DNA from: the human T2T-CHM13v2.0 reference genome, Homo sapiens
DNA length: 64,000 nt
Assembly (NCBI RefSeq): GCF_009914755.1
Contig: NC_060948.1
Direction: 5' to 3' (one strand)
Shown here: positions 1 through 14,386 of the stretch, one piece after another
Layout of the letters: each line of letters opens with the position of its first letter
How positions within the stretch are numbered: the stretch's first letter is position 1
The notes under the pieces: generated by a model
Databases searched by the model: none
What the model saw: only the letters and a program-made list of their open reading frames with translations
Told to the model about the DNA's origin: nothing
Made by a program: the position numbers and the translations under genes

Positions 1-1511
1 CTCAAATTGAATGGACTCGAATGGAATGGAAACGAAAGGAATGTCATCGAATGGAATTGAATCGATTGGAATGAAATCGCATAGAATGGAGTGGAATCAA
101 ATGGAATTGAATCGAAAGGAAAGGAAGCGAATGGACTGAAATGAAATGGAATGGAATTGAATGGAAAGTAATGCAATGGAATAGAATGGAACGAAATTTC
201 ACGGAATGGAATCAAACTGAATGGAATCAAATCAATGGAATCTAATCAAATGGAATGGAAAGGAATTGAATGGAGTAGATTGGATTGGATGGGATTGGAA
301 TGAAATGTACTGGAAAGGACTCGAATTTCATGAAACGGAATGGAATGAATTGGAACGGAATGGACTCGAATGGAATGGAATGTCATGGAATGGCATCAAA
401 TGGAATGGCATCAAATGGAATGGAATCGAATGCAATGGAATGCTATCGAATGGAATGGAATGCATTGGAATGGAATGTCCTCTAATGGAATGGATTCGAG
501 TGGAATGGAATCGAATATAATGGAGTCGAATGAAATGGAATTGAAAAGAATGGGATCGAATACAATGGAATATACTGGAATGTAATGTAATGAACTCGAA
601 TGTAATTGACTGGAATGGAATGTATATGAATGGAATGTAATCGAATGGAAAGTAATCCAATGGAATAGAATCTAATGCAATAAAATCGACTCAGATAGAG
701 TAGAATGTAATGGAATGGAGTGCAGTGCAATGGAATGGAATGGAATGGAATGCAATGGAATGGAATGGAATGGGATGGAATGGTATGGAATGGATAGTAA
801 TGGACTGGAGTGAAATGGACTGGAAAGGAATGGACTCAAATTGAAAGGGCTCGAAAGGAATGGAGACAAATGGTATGGTCTGGAATGGAATGAACACGAA
901 TGTAATGCAATCCAATAGAATAGAGTCGAATGGCATGGAATATAAAGAAATGGAATCGAAGAGAATAGAAACAAATGGAATGGAATTGAATGGAATGGAA
1001 TTGAGTGGAATGGGAACGAATGGAGTGAAATTGTATGCAGTAGAAGAGAATAGAATGGAATGCAAGCGAAAGGAAAGGAATGGATTGGAATGGAATGGAA
1101 TTCATTGGAATGGAAGGGAATGTAGTGTAATGGACAGGCCTGGAATAAAGTGGAATGCTACGGTCTCGAGTGGAATAAAAATGTATGGATTGGAATGCAA
1201 TGAAACGGAATCGAATGTCATAGAATGTAATGGAATGCAAAAAAATGGAATCCGAAATCATTGACTGGAAAGGCTGGGTGTCGAAAGGAATTGACTCCAA
1301 TGGAATGGAATCGAATGGAATGGAAGTGAATAGAATCGAACTAAATCGAATGGAATGGAATTGATAGGAACGGAATGGAAAGGAATGCAATGATTTGGCA
1401 TGGAATGGAATCGAATGGCATCGAATGGAATGGAATGGAATGCAATGGAATGGAATGTATTAGAATGTAATGAACTTTAATGGAATGTACTCGAAAGGAT
1501 TTGACTGGAAT

Positions 1512-1526
1512 GGAATGTTCTGGAAG
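1512..1526. promoter_or_regulatory. Heat-shock element motif A (gGAAtgTTCtgGAAg); recurs in each unit
   Basis: Exact match to nGAAnnTTCnnGAAn. HSF1 binding to Satellite III is established, but occupancy of this site is not shown. Confidence 0.45.
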
Positions 1527-1791
1527 TGAATGGACTCCAATGGAATGGATTCGAAAGGAATGGAATCGTACGGAATGGAATCTAATGGAATGGAATTAAA
1601 TGGAAATGAATCAAATTGAATAGCACGGAATTGAATTGAATGGAATGGAATGCAATGGAATCTAATGAAACGGAAAGGAAAGGAATGCAATGGAATGGAA
1701 TGGGCTGGAATGGAAAGGAATCGAAACGAATGGAATGGAATCGAACTGAAGAGACTGGAATGGAATGCACTGGAATGGAAGGGAGTGTAAT

Positions 1792-1806
1792 GGAAGGTTC
1801 TCGAAA
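1792..1806. promoter_or_regulatory. Heat-shock element motif B (gGAAggTTCtcGAAa); recurs in each unit except U14
   Basis: Exact match to nGAAnnTTCnnGAAn. Function is inferred only. Confidence 0.45.
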
Positions 1807-3749
1807 AAAATGGAATCGAATGGAATGGAATTGAGTGGAACGGAATAGAGTCGAATGGAATTGAATGGAATGGAATGGACTAGAGTGAAATGGAATCGAA
1901 CCACAAGGAATGGACAGGAATAGAATGGTCTCGAATTGAATGGAATCGTATGGAATGGCATCAAACGGAATGGAATGGACAGCCACGGAATGGAATGCAC
2001 TCGAATGCAATGGAGTCGAAACTAATGGACTGGAATAGAATGGACTCGACTGGTACGGACTCCAATGGAATGGAATCGAATGGAAGGGAATCGAACGGAA
2101 TGGACTCAAAGGGAAAAGACTGCAATGGAACGGTCTCGAATGGAATGGAAATTAATGGAATGGAATGGAATCGAATGAAATGGAGTCAAAAGGAATGGAA
2201 TCGAATGGCAAGAAATCGAATGTAATGGAATCGCAAGGAATTGATATGAACGGAACGGAATGGAATGGAATCCAAAGGAATGGAATAGAATGGAATGGAA
2301 TCGAATGGAAAGGACTCGAATGGAAATCACTCGAATAGAATGCAATTTAATAAAATAGGATCAAATGTAATGGAATGGAATGGAAAGGAATCGAAACGAA
2401 AGGAATGGAGACAGATGGAATGGAATGGAACAGATAGCAATGGTATAGAATGGAATGGAATCATCTGGAATGGAATTGAATGGAATGCAATAATATGAAA
2501 TGGAATGGAATGGAATGGAATGGAATGCCCTTGAATTAAATGGACTGGACTCGAACAGAGTGGAATGGAAAGTGTTGAGATAGAATGGAATGGACTCCTT
2601 TGGAATGGTCTAGTATGCAATGCAATCGACTGGCAGGGAATCAAAAGGAATGTAATGGAATGGATTGGACTGGAATGCAATGGACTCGAATAGATTGGAA
2701 ACGGAATGCAAAGGAATGGAATGGAATAGTATGGAATGGAATGGAAAGGAATGGAGTGGAATAGACTAGAGTGGAATGGAATGGACTGGAAAGCAATGGA
2801 CTGGAATGAAACTTTCTTGAATGGACTGGAATCAAACGGAATGGAATGCAATGCAATCAAATGGCATAGAATAAGATAGAATGAAAGAGAATCAAATGGA
2901 ATTGAATCGAATGGAATCGAACGGATTGGAAAGGAAGAGAATGGAATGGAATGGAATTGACTCAAATGGAATGGACTAGAATGGAATGGATTCGAATGGA
3001 AGGCAAAGGAATGGAATCTATTGGAATGGACTGTAATGGAATGGAATGGAAGGGATTGGAATGGACTCGAATGGAATGGACTGCAATAGAAAGGATTCGA
3101 ATGGAATGAAAAAGAATTGAATGGAATAGAACAGAATGGAATCAAATCGAATGAAATGGAATGGAATAGAAAGGAATGGAATGAAATGGAATGGAAAGGA
3201 TTCGAATGGAATGTAATCGAATGGAATGGAATCGAACGGAATGGAATAAAATGGAAGAAAACTGGCAAGAAATGGAATCGAAATGAATGGAGTGTTATGG
3301 AACGGACTCAAAAGGAATTGAATGTAATAGAATGGAGTGGAGTGGACTCGAATATAATGGACTGGAATGGAATGAAATCACATGGAATGGGAACGAATGG
3401 AATGGAATGGAAAGGAATGGAATCGAATGGAAAGGAATCGAACGGAAGGGAATGAAATTGAATCAACAGGAATGGAAGGGAATAGAATAGACTGTAATGG
3501 AATGGACACGAATAGAATGGACACGAATGCTCAAATTGAATGGACTCGAATGGAATGGAAAGGAAAGGAAAGTCATCGAATGGAATTGAATCGATTGGAA
3601 TGAAATCGCATAGAATGGAGTGGAATCAAATGGAATTGAATCGAAAGGAAAGGAAGCGAATGGACTGAAATGAAATGGAATGGAATTGAATGGAAAGTAA
3701 TGCAATGGAATAGAATGGAACGAAATTTCACGGAATGGAATCAAACTGA

Positions 3750-6700
3750 ATGGAATCAAATCAATGGAATATAATCAAATGGAATGGAAAGGAATTGAAT
3801 GGAGTAGATTGGATTGGATGGGATTGGAATGAAATGTACTGGAAAGGAATCGAATTTCATGAAACGGAATGGAATGAATTAGAACGGAATGGACTCGAAT
3901 GGAATGGAATGTCATGGAATGGCATCAAATGGAATGGAATCGAATGCGATGGAATGCTATGGAATGGAATGGAATGCATTGGAATGGAATGTCCTCTAAT
4001 GGAATGTATTCGAGTGGAATGGAATCGAATATAATGGAGTCTAATGAAATGGAATTGAAAGGAATGGGACCGAATACAATGGAATATACTGGAATGTAAT
4101 GTAATGAACTCGAATGTAATTGACTGGAATGGAATGTACATGAATGGAATGTAATCGAATGGAAAGCAATCCAATGGAATAGAATCTAATGCAATAAAAT
4201 CGACTCAAATAGAGTAGAATGTAATGGAATGGAGTGCAGTGCAATGGAATGGAATGGAATGGAATGCAATGGAATGGAATGGAATGGAATGGAATGGGAT
4301 GGAATGGTATGGAATGGATAGTAATGGACTGGAGTGAAATGGACTGGAAAAGAATGGACTCAAATTGAAAGGGCTCGAAAGGAATGGAGTCAAATGGAAT
4401 GGTCTGGAATGGAATGAACACGAATGTAATGCAATCCAATGGAATGGAATCGAATGGCATGGAATATAAAGAAATGGAATCGAAGAGAATGGAAACAAAT
4501 GGAATGGAATTGAATGGAATGGAATTGAATGGAATGGGAACGAATGGAGTGAAATTGTATGCAGTAGAAGAGAATAGAATGGAATGCAAGCGAAAGGAAA
4601 GGAATGGATTGGAATGGAATGGAATTCATTGGAATGGAAGGGAATGTAGTGTAATGGACAGGCCTGGAATAAAGTGGAATGCTACGGTCTCGAATGGAAT
4701 AAAAATGTATGGAATGGAATGCAATGAAACGGAATCGAATGTCATAGAATGTAATGGAATGCAAAAAAATGGACTCCAAAATCATTGACTGGAAAGGCTG
4801 GGGGTCGAAAGGAATTGACTCCAATGGAATGGAATCGAATGGAATGGAAGTGAATAGAATCGAACTAAATCGAATGGAATGGAATTGATAGGAACGGAAT
4901 GGAAAGGAATGCAATGATTTGGCATGGAATGGAATCGAATGGCATCGAATGGAATGGAATGGATTGCAATGGAATGGAATGTATTAGAATGTAATGAACT
5001 TTAATGGAATGTACTCGAATGGATTCGACTGGAATGGAATGTTCTGGAAGTGAATGGACTCCAATGGAATGGATTCGAAAGGAATGGAATCTAATGGAAT
5101 GGAATTAAATGGAAATGAATCAAATTGAATAGAACGGAATTGAATTGAATGGAATCGAATGCAATGGAATCTAATGAAACGGAAAGGAAAGGAATGGAAT
5201 GGATTGGAATGGAATGGGCTGGAATGGAATGGAATCGAAACGAATGGAATGGAATCGAAATGAAGAGACTGGAATGGAATGCACTGGAATGGAAGGGAAT
5301 GTAATGGAAGGTTCTCGAAAAAAATGGAATCGAAAGGAATGGAATTGAATGGAACGGAATAGAGTCGAATGGAATTCAATGGAATGGAATGGACTAGAGT
5401 GAAATGGAATCGAACCACAAGGAATGGACAGGAATAGAATGGTCTCGAATTGAATGGAATCGTATGGAATGGCATCAAACGGAATGGAATGGACAGCCAC
5501 GGAATGGAATGGACACCCACGGAATGGAATGCACTCGAATGCAATGGAGTCGACACTAATGGACTGGAATAGAATGGACTCGACTGGTACGGAGTCCAAT
5601 GGAATGGAATCGAATGGAAGGGAATCGAACGGAATGGACTCGAAGTGAAAAGACTGCAATGGAAAGGTCTCCAATGGAATGGAAATTAATGGAATGGAAT
5701 GGAATCGAATGAAATGGAGTCAAAAGGAATGGAATCGAATGGCAAGAAATCGAATGTAATGGAATCGCAAGGAATGGATGTGAACGGAACGGAATGGAAT
5801 GGAATCCAAAGGAATGGAATAGAATGGAATGGAATCGAATGGAAAGGACTTGAATGGAAATCACTCGAATAGAATGCAATTTAATAAAATAGGATCAAAT
5901 GTAATGGAATGGAATGGAAAGGAATCGAAATGAAAGGAATGGAGACAGATGGAATGGAATGGAACAGAGAGCAATGGTATAGAATGGAATGGAATCATCT
6001 GGAATGGAATTGAATGGAATGGAATAATATGAAATGGAATGGAATGGAATGGAATGCCCTTGAATTAAATGGACTGGAATGGAATGGACTCGAACAGAGT
6101 GGAATGGAAAGTGTTGAAATAGAATGGAATGGACTCGTTTGGAATGGTCTAGTATGCAATGCAATCGACTGGCAGGGAATCAAAAGGAATGTAATCGAAT
6201 GGATTGGACTGGAATGCAATGGACTCGAATAGATTGGAAACGGAAAGCAAAGGAATGGAATGGAATAGTATGGAATGGAATGGAAAGGAATGGAGTGGAA
6301 TAGACTAGAGTGGAATGGAATGGACTCGAAAGCAATGGACTGGAATGGAACTTTCTTGAATGGACTGGAATCAAACGGAATGGAATGCAATGCAATCAAA
6401 TGGCATGGAATAAAATAGAATGAAAGAGAATGAAATGGAATTGAATCGAATGGAATCGAATGGATTGGAAAGGAATAGAATGGAATGGAATGGAATTGAC
6501 TCAAATGGAATGGACTAGAATGGAATGGATTCGAATGGAAGGCAAAGGAATGGAATCTATTGGAATGGACTGTAATGGAATGGAATGGAAGGGATTGGAA
6601 TGGACTCGAATGGAATGGACTGCCATAGAAAGGATTCGAATGGAATGAAAAAGAATTGAATGGAATAGAACAGAATGGAATCAAATCGAATGAAATGGAA

Positions 6701-7303
6701 TGGAATAGAAAGGAATGGAATGAAATGGAATGGAAAGGATTCGAATGGAATGCAATCGAATGGAATGCAATCGAATGGAATGGAATCGAACGGAATGGAA
6801 TAAAATGGAAGAAAACTGGCAAGAAATGGAATCGAAATGAATGGAGTGTTATGGAACGGACTCAAAAGGAATTGAATGTAATAGAATGGAGTGGAGTGGA
6901 CTCGAATATAATGGACTGGAATGGAATGAAATCACATGGAATGGGAACGAATGGAATGGAATGGAAAGGAATGGAATCGAATGGAAAGGAATCGAATGGA
7001 AGGGAATGAAATTGAATCAACAGGAATGGAAGGGAGTAGAATAGACGGTAATGGAATGGACTCGAATAGAATGGACACGAATGCTCAAATTGAATGGACT
7101 CGAATGGAATGGAAACGAAAGGAATGTCATCGAATGGAATTGAATCGATTGGAATGAAATCACATAGAATGGAGTGGAATCAAATGGAATTGAATCGAAA
7201 GGAAAGGAAGCGAATGGACTGAAATGAAATGGAATGGAATTGAATGGAAATTAATGCAATGGAATAGAATGGAACGAAATTTCACGGAATGGAATCAAAC
7301 TGA
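3750..7303 (+). repeat. DYZ1 unit U2 (3554 bp), subtype A
   Basis: GTCGAC at 5549, second GAATTC at 5372, private 20 bp duplication at 5481-5520. Confidence 0.9.
6347..6361. promoter_or_regulatory. Heat-shock element motif C (gGAActTTCttGAAt); recurs per unit, broken in U1 and U11
   Basis: Exact match to nGAAnnTTCnnGAAn. Function is inferred only. Confidence 0.45.
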
Positions 7304-10300
7304 ATGGAATCAAATCAATGGAATCTAATCAAATGGAATGGAAAGGAATTGAATGGAGTAGATTGGATTGGATGGGATTGGAATGAAATGTACTGGAAAG
7401 GACTCGAATTTCATGAAACGGAATGGAATGAATTAGAACGGAATGGACTCGAATGGAATGGAATGTCATGGAATGGCATCAAATGGAATGGAATCGAATG
7501 CGATGGAATGCTATGGAATGGAATGGAATGCATTGGAATGGAATGTCCTCTAATGGAATGTATTCGAGTGGAATGGAATCGAATATAATGGAGTCTAATG
7601 AAAGGGAATTGAAAGGAATGGGACCGAATACAACGGAATATACTGGAATGTAATGTAATGAACTCGAATGTAATTGACTGGAATGGAATGTACATGAATG
7701 GAATGTAATCGAATGGAAAGCAATCCAATGGAATAGAATCTAATGCAATAAAATCGACTCAAATAGAGTAGAATGTAATGGAATGGAGTGCAGTGCAATG
7801 GAATGGAATGGAATGGAATGCAATGGAATGGAATGGAATGGAATGGAATGGGATGGAATGGTATGGAATGGATAGTAATGGACTGGAGTGAAATGGACTG
7901 GAAAAGAATGGACTCAAATTGAAAGGTCTCGAAAGGAATGGAGTCAAATGGAATGGTCTGGAATGGAATGAACACGAATGTAATGCAATCCAATAGAATG
8001 GAATCGAATGGCATGGAATATAAAGAAATGGAATCGAAGAGAATGGAAACAAATGGAATGGAATTGAATGGAATGGAATTGAATGGAATGGGAACGAATG
8101 GAGTGAAATTGTATGCACTAGAAGAGAATAGAATGGAATGCAAGCGAAAGGAAAGGAATGGATTGGAATGGAATGGAATTCATTGGAATGGAAGGGAATG
8201 TAGTGTAATGGACAGGCCTGGAATAAAGTGGAATGCTACGGTCTCGAATGGAATAAAAATGTATGGAATGGAATGCAATGAAACGGAATCGAATGTCATA
8301 GAATGTAATGGAATGCAAAAAAATGGACTCCAAAATCATTGACTGGAAAGGCTGGGTGTCGAAAGGAATTGACTCCAATGGAATGGAATCGAATGGAATG
8401 GAAGTGAATAGAATGGAACTAAATCGAATGGAATGGAATTGATAGGAACGGAATGGAAAGGAATGCAATGATTTGGCATGGAATGGAATCGAATGGCATC
8501 GAATGGAATGGAATGGAATGCAATGGAATGGAATGTATTAGAATGTAATGAACTTTAATGGAATATACTCGAATGTATTCGACTGGAATGGAATGTTCTT
8601 GAAGTGAATGGACTCCAATTGAATGGATTCGAAAGGAATGGAATCTAATGGAATGGAATTAAATGGAAATGAATCAAATTGAATAGAACGGAATTGAATT
8701 GAATGGAATCGAATGCAATGGAATCTAATGAAACGGAAAGGAAAGGAATGGAATGGATTGGAATGGAATGGGCTGGAATGGAATGGAATCGAAACGAATG
8801 GAATGGAATCGAACTGAAGAGACTGGAATGGAATGCACTGGAATGGAAGGGAATGTAATGGAAGGTTCTCGAAAAAAATGGAATCGAAAGGAATGGAATT
8901 GAATGGAACGGAATAGAGTCGAATGGAATTCAATGGAATGGAATGGACTAGAGTGAAATGGAATCGAACCACAAGGAATGGACAGGAATAGAATGGTCTC
9001 GAACTGAATGGAATCGTATGGAATGGCATCAAACGGAATGGAATGGACAGCAACGGAATGGAATGCACTCGAATGCAATGGAGTCGACACTAATGGACTG
9101 GAATAGAATGGACTCGACTGGTACGGACTCCAATGGAATGGAATCGAATGGAAGGGAATCGAACGGAATGGACTCGAAGGGAAAAGACTGCAATGGAAAG
9201 GTCTCGAATGGAATGGAAATTAATGGAATGGAATGGAATCGAATGAAATGGAGTCAAAAGGAATGGAATCGAATGGCAAGAAATCGAATGTAATGGAATC
9301 GCAAGGAATTGATGTGAACGGAACGGAATGGAATGGAATCGAAAGGGATGGAATGGAATCGAATGGAAAGGACTCGAATGGAAATCACTCGAATAGAATG
9401 CAATTTAATACAATAGGATCAAATGTAATGGAATGGAATGGAAAGGAATCGAAACGAAAGGAATGGAGACAGATGGAATGGAATGGAACAGAGAGCAATG
9501 GTATAGAATGGAATGGAATCATCTGGAATGGAATTGAATGGAATGGAATAAGATGAAATGGAATGGAATGGAATGGAATGCCCTTGAATTAAATGGACTG
9601 GAATGGAATGGACTCGAACAGAGTGGAATGGAAAGTGTTGAAATAGAATGGAATGGACTCCTTTGGAATGGTCTAGTATGCAATGCAATCGACTGGCAGA
9701 GAATCAAGAGGAATGTAATCGAATGGAAAGGACTGGAATGCAATGGAATCGAATAGATTGGAAACGGAAAGCAAAGGAATGGAATGGAATAGTATGGAAT
9801 GGAATGGAAAGGAATGGAGTGGAATAGACTAGAGTGGAATGGAATGGACTCGAAAGCAATGGACTGGAATGGAACTTTCTTGAATGGACTGGAATCAAAC
9901 GGAATGGAATGCAATGCAATCAAATGTCATGGAATTAAATAGAATGAAAGAGAATCAAACGGAATTGAATCGAATGGAATCGAATGGATTGGAAAGGAAT
10001 AGAATGGAATGGAATGGAATTGACTCAAATGGAATGGACTGGAATGGAATGGATTCGAATGGAAGGCAAAGGAATGGAATCTATTGGAATGGACTGTAAT
10101 GGAATGGAATGTAAGGGATTGGAATGGACTCAAATGGAATGGACTGCAATAGAAAGGATTCGAATGGAATGAAAAAGAATTGAATGGAATAAAACAGAAT
10201 GGAATCAAATCGAATGAAATGGAATGGAATAGAAAGGAATGGAAAGGATTCGAATGGAATGCAATCGAATGGAATGCAATCGAATGGAATGGAATCGAAC

Positions 10301-10812
10301 GGAATGTAATAAAATGGAAGAAAACTGGCAAGAAATGGAATCGAAATGAATGGAGTGTTATGGAACGGACTCAAAAGGAATTGAATGTAATAGAATGGAG
10401 TGGAGTGGACTCGAATATAATGGACTGGAATGGAATGAAATCACATGGAATGGGAACGAATGGAATGGAATGGAAAGGAATGGAATCGAATGGAAAGGAA
10501 TCGAATGGAAGGGACTGAAATTGAATCAACAGGAATGGAAGGGAGTAGAATAGACGGTAATGGAATGGACTCGAATAGAATGGACACGAATGCTCAAATT
10601 GAATGGACTCGAATGGAATGGAAACGAAAGGAATGTCATCGAATGGAATTGAATCGATTGGAATGAAATCACATAGAATGGAGTGGAATCAAATGGAATT
10701 GAATCGAAAGGAAAGGAAGCGAATGGACTGAAATGAAATGGAATGGAATTGAATGGAAATTAATGCAATGGAATAGAATGGAACGAAATTTCACGGAATG
10801 GAATCAAACTGA
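7304..10812 (+). repeat. DYZ1 unit U3 (3509 bp), subtype A
   Basis: Landmark spacing. Carries the TATGCACTAG variant and a 15 bp deletion near 9345. Confidence 0.9.
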
Positions 10813-13800
10813 ATGGAATCAAATCAATGGAATATAATCAAATGGAATGGAAAGGAATTGAATGGAGTAGATTGGATTGGATGGGATTGGAATGAAATGC
10901 ACTGGAAAGGACTCGAATTTCATGAAACGGAATGGAATGAATTGGAACGGAATGGACTCGAATGGAATGGAATGTCACGGAATGGCATCAAATGGAATGG
11001 CATCAAATGGAATGGAATAGAATGCAATGGAATGCTATGGAATGGAAAGGAATGCATTGGAATGGAATGTCCTCTAATGGAATGCATTCGAGTGGAATGG
11101 AATCGAATATAATGGAGTCGAATGAAATGGAATTGAAAGGAATGGGATCGAATACCATGTAATATACTGGAATGTAATGTAATGAACTCGAATGTAATTG
11201 ACTGGAATGGAATGTACATGAATGGAATGTAATCGAATGGAAAGTAATCCAATGGAATAGAATCTAATGCAATAAAATCGACTCAAATAGAATAGAATGT
11301 AATGGAATGGAGTGCATTGCAATGGAATGGAATGGAATGGAATGCAATGGAATGGAATGGAATGGAATGGAATGGAATGGAATGGGATGGAATGGTATGG
11401 AATGGATAGTAATGGACTGGAGTGAAATGGACTGGAAAAGAATGGACTCAAATTGAAAGGGCTCGAAAGGAATGGAGTCAAATGGAATGGTCTGGAATGG
11501 AATGAATACGAATGTAATGCAATCCAATAGAATGGAATCGAATGGTATGGAATATAAAGAATTGGAATCGAAGAGAATGGAAACAAATGGAATGGAATTG
11601 AATGGAATGGAATTGAATGGAATGGGAACGAATGGAGTGAAATTGTATGCAGTAGAAGAGAATAGAATGGAATGCAAGCGAAAGGAAAGGAATGGATTGG
11701 AATGGAATGGAATTCATTGGAATGGAAGGGAATGTAGTGTAATGGACAGGCCTGGAATAAAGTGGAATGCTACGGTCTCGAATGGAATAAAAATGTATGG
11801 AATAGAATGCAATGAAACGGAATCGAATGTCATAGAATGTAATGGAATGCAAAAAAATGGAATCCAAAATCATTGACTGGAAAGGCTGGGTGTCGAAAGG
11901 AATTGCCTCCAATGGAATGGAATCGAATGGAATGGAAGTGAATAGAATGGAACTAAATCGAATGGAATGGAATTGATAGGAACGGAATGGAAAGGAATGC
12001 AATGATTTGGCATGGAATGGAATCGAATGGCATCGAATGGAATGGAATGGAATGCAATTGAATGGAATGTATTAGAATGTAATGAACTTTAATGTAATGT
12101 ACTCGAATGGATTCGACTGGAATGGAATGTTCTCGAAGTGAATGGACTCCAATGGAATGGATTCGAAAGGAATGGAATCTAATGGAATGGAATTAAATGG
12201 AAATGAATCAAATTGAATAGAACGGAATTGAATGGAATGGAATCGAATGCAATGGAATCTAATGAAACGGAAAGGAAAGGAATGGAATGGATTGGAATGG
12301 AATGTGCTGGAATTGAATGGAATCGAAACGAATGGAATGGAGTCGAACTGAAGAGACTGAAATGGAATGCACTGGAATGGAAGGGAGTGTAATGGAAGGT
12401 TCTCGAAAAAAATGGAATCGAAAGGAATGGAATTGAATGGAACGGAATAGAGTCGAATGGAATTCAATGGAATGGAATGGACTAGAGTGAAATGGAATCG
12501 AACCACAAGGAATGGACAGGAACAGAATGGTCTCGAATTGAATGGAATCGAATGGAATGGCATCAAACGGCATGGAATGGACAGCAACGGAATGGAATGC
12601 ACTCGAATGCAATGGAGTCGACACTAATGGACTGGAATAGAATGGACTCGACTGGTACGGACTCCATTGAAATGGAATTGAATGGAAGGGAATGGAACGG
12701 AATGGACTCGAAGGGAAAAGACTGCAATGTAAAGGTCTCGAATGGAATGGAAATTAATGGAATGGAATGGAATCGAATGAAATGGAGTCAAAAGGAATGG
12801 AATCGAATGGCAAGAAATCGAATGTAATGGAATCACAAGGAATTGATGTGAACGGAACGGAATCGAATGGAATCCAAAGGAATGGAATAGAATGGAATGG
12901 AATCGAATGGAAAGGACTCGAATGGAAATCACTCGAATAGAATGCAATTTAATAAAATAGGATCAAATGTAATGGAATGGAATGGAAAGGAATCGAAACG
13001 AAAGGAATGGAGACAGATGGAATGGAATGGAACAGAGAGCAATGGTATAGAATGGAATGGAATCATCTGGAATGGAATTGAATGGAATGGAATAATATGA
13101 AATGGAATGGAATGGAATGGAATGCCCTTGAATTAAATGGACTGGAATGGAATGGACTCAAACAGAGTGGAATGGAAAGTGTTGAAATAGAATGGAATGG
13201 ACTCGTTTGGAATGGTCTAGTATGCAATGCAATCGACTGGCAGGGAATCAAGAGGAATGTAATCGAATGGATTGGACTGGAATGCAATGGACTCGAATAG
13301 ATTGGAAACGGAATTCAAAGGAATGGAATGGAATAGTATGGAATGGAATGGAAAGGAATGGAGTGGAATAGACTAGAGTGGAATGGAATGGACTCGAAAG
13401 CAATGGACTGGAATGGAACTTTCTTGAATGGACTGGAATCAAACGGAATGGAATGCAATGCAATCAAATGGCATGGAATAAAATAGAATGAAAGAGAATC
13501 AAATGGAATTGAATCGAATGGAATCGAATGGATTGGAAAGAAATAGAATGGAATGGAATGGAATTGACTCAAATGGAATGGACTAGAATGGAATGGATTC
13601 GAATGGAAGGCAAAGGAATGGAATCTATTGGAATGGACTGTAATGGAATGGAATGGAAGGGATTGGAATGGACTCGAATGGAATGGACTGCAATAGAAAA
13701 GATTCGAATGGAATGAAAAAGAATTGAATGGAATAGAACAGAATGGAATCAAATCGAATGAAATGGAATGGAAGAGAAAGGAATGGAATGAAATGGAATG

Positions 13801-14386
13801 GAAAGGATTCGAATGGAATGCAATCGAATGGAATGCAATCGAATGGAATGGAATCGAACGGAATGGAATAAAATGGAAGAAAACTGGCAAGAAATGGAAT
13901 CGAAATGAATGGAGTGTTATGGAACGGACTCAAAAGGAATTGAATGTAATAGAATGGAGTGGAGTGGACTCGAATATAATGGACTGGAATGGAATGAAAT
14001 CACATGGAATGGGAACGAATGGAATGGAATGGAAAGGAATGGAATGGAAAGGAATGGAATCGAATGGAAAGGAATCGAATGGAAGGGAATGAAATTGAAT
14101 CAACAGGAATGGAAGGAAGTAGAATAGACGGTAATGGAATGGACTCGAATAGAATGGACACGAATGCTCAAATTGAATGGACTCGAATGGAATGGAAACG
14201 AAAGGAATGTCGTCGAATGGAATTGAATCGATTGGAATGAAATCGCATAGAATGGAGTGGAATCAAATGGAATTGAATCGAAAGGAAAGGAAGCGAATGG
14301 TCTGAAATGAAATGGAATGGAATTGAATGGAAAGTAATGCAAGGGAATAGAATGGAACGAAATTTCACGGAATGGAATCAAACTGA
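10813..14386 (+). repeat. DYZ1 unit U4 (3574 bp), subtype A
   Basis: Landmark spacing. Shares TTGCCTCC, TGTGCTGG and GTCGTCGA variants with U5 and U6. Confidence 0.9.

Larger units (their letters stand above)
221..3749 (+). repeat. DYZ1 unit U1 (3529 bp), subtype B
   Basis: Landmark-to-landmark distance. Carries CTCGAG at 1165, CGTACG, and a 10 bp deletion near 2545. Confidence 0.9.

Noticed and set aside
271-300. Tandem ATTGG (CCAAT box) in GTAGATTGGATTGGATGGGATTGG, and a DUX4-like TAATCCAAT near 653
   Set aside because: ATTGG is a single-base variant of AATGG with no promoter context. The DUX4-like site lacks the terminal CA of TAAYBBAATCA.
679-3250. Several AATAAA hexamers per unit on the + strand (e.g. 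~679, 1144, 1173, 2349)
   Set aside because: They arise easily from GGAAT variants in A-rich sequence. No GU/U-rich downstream element or transcript evidence is visible.
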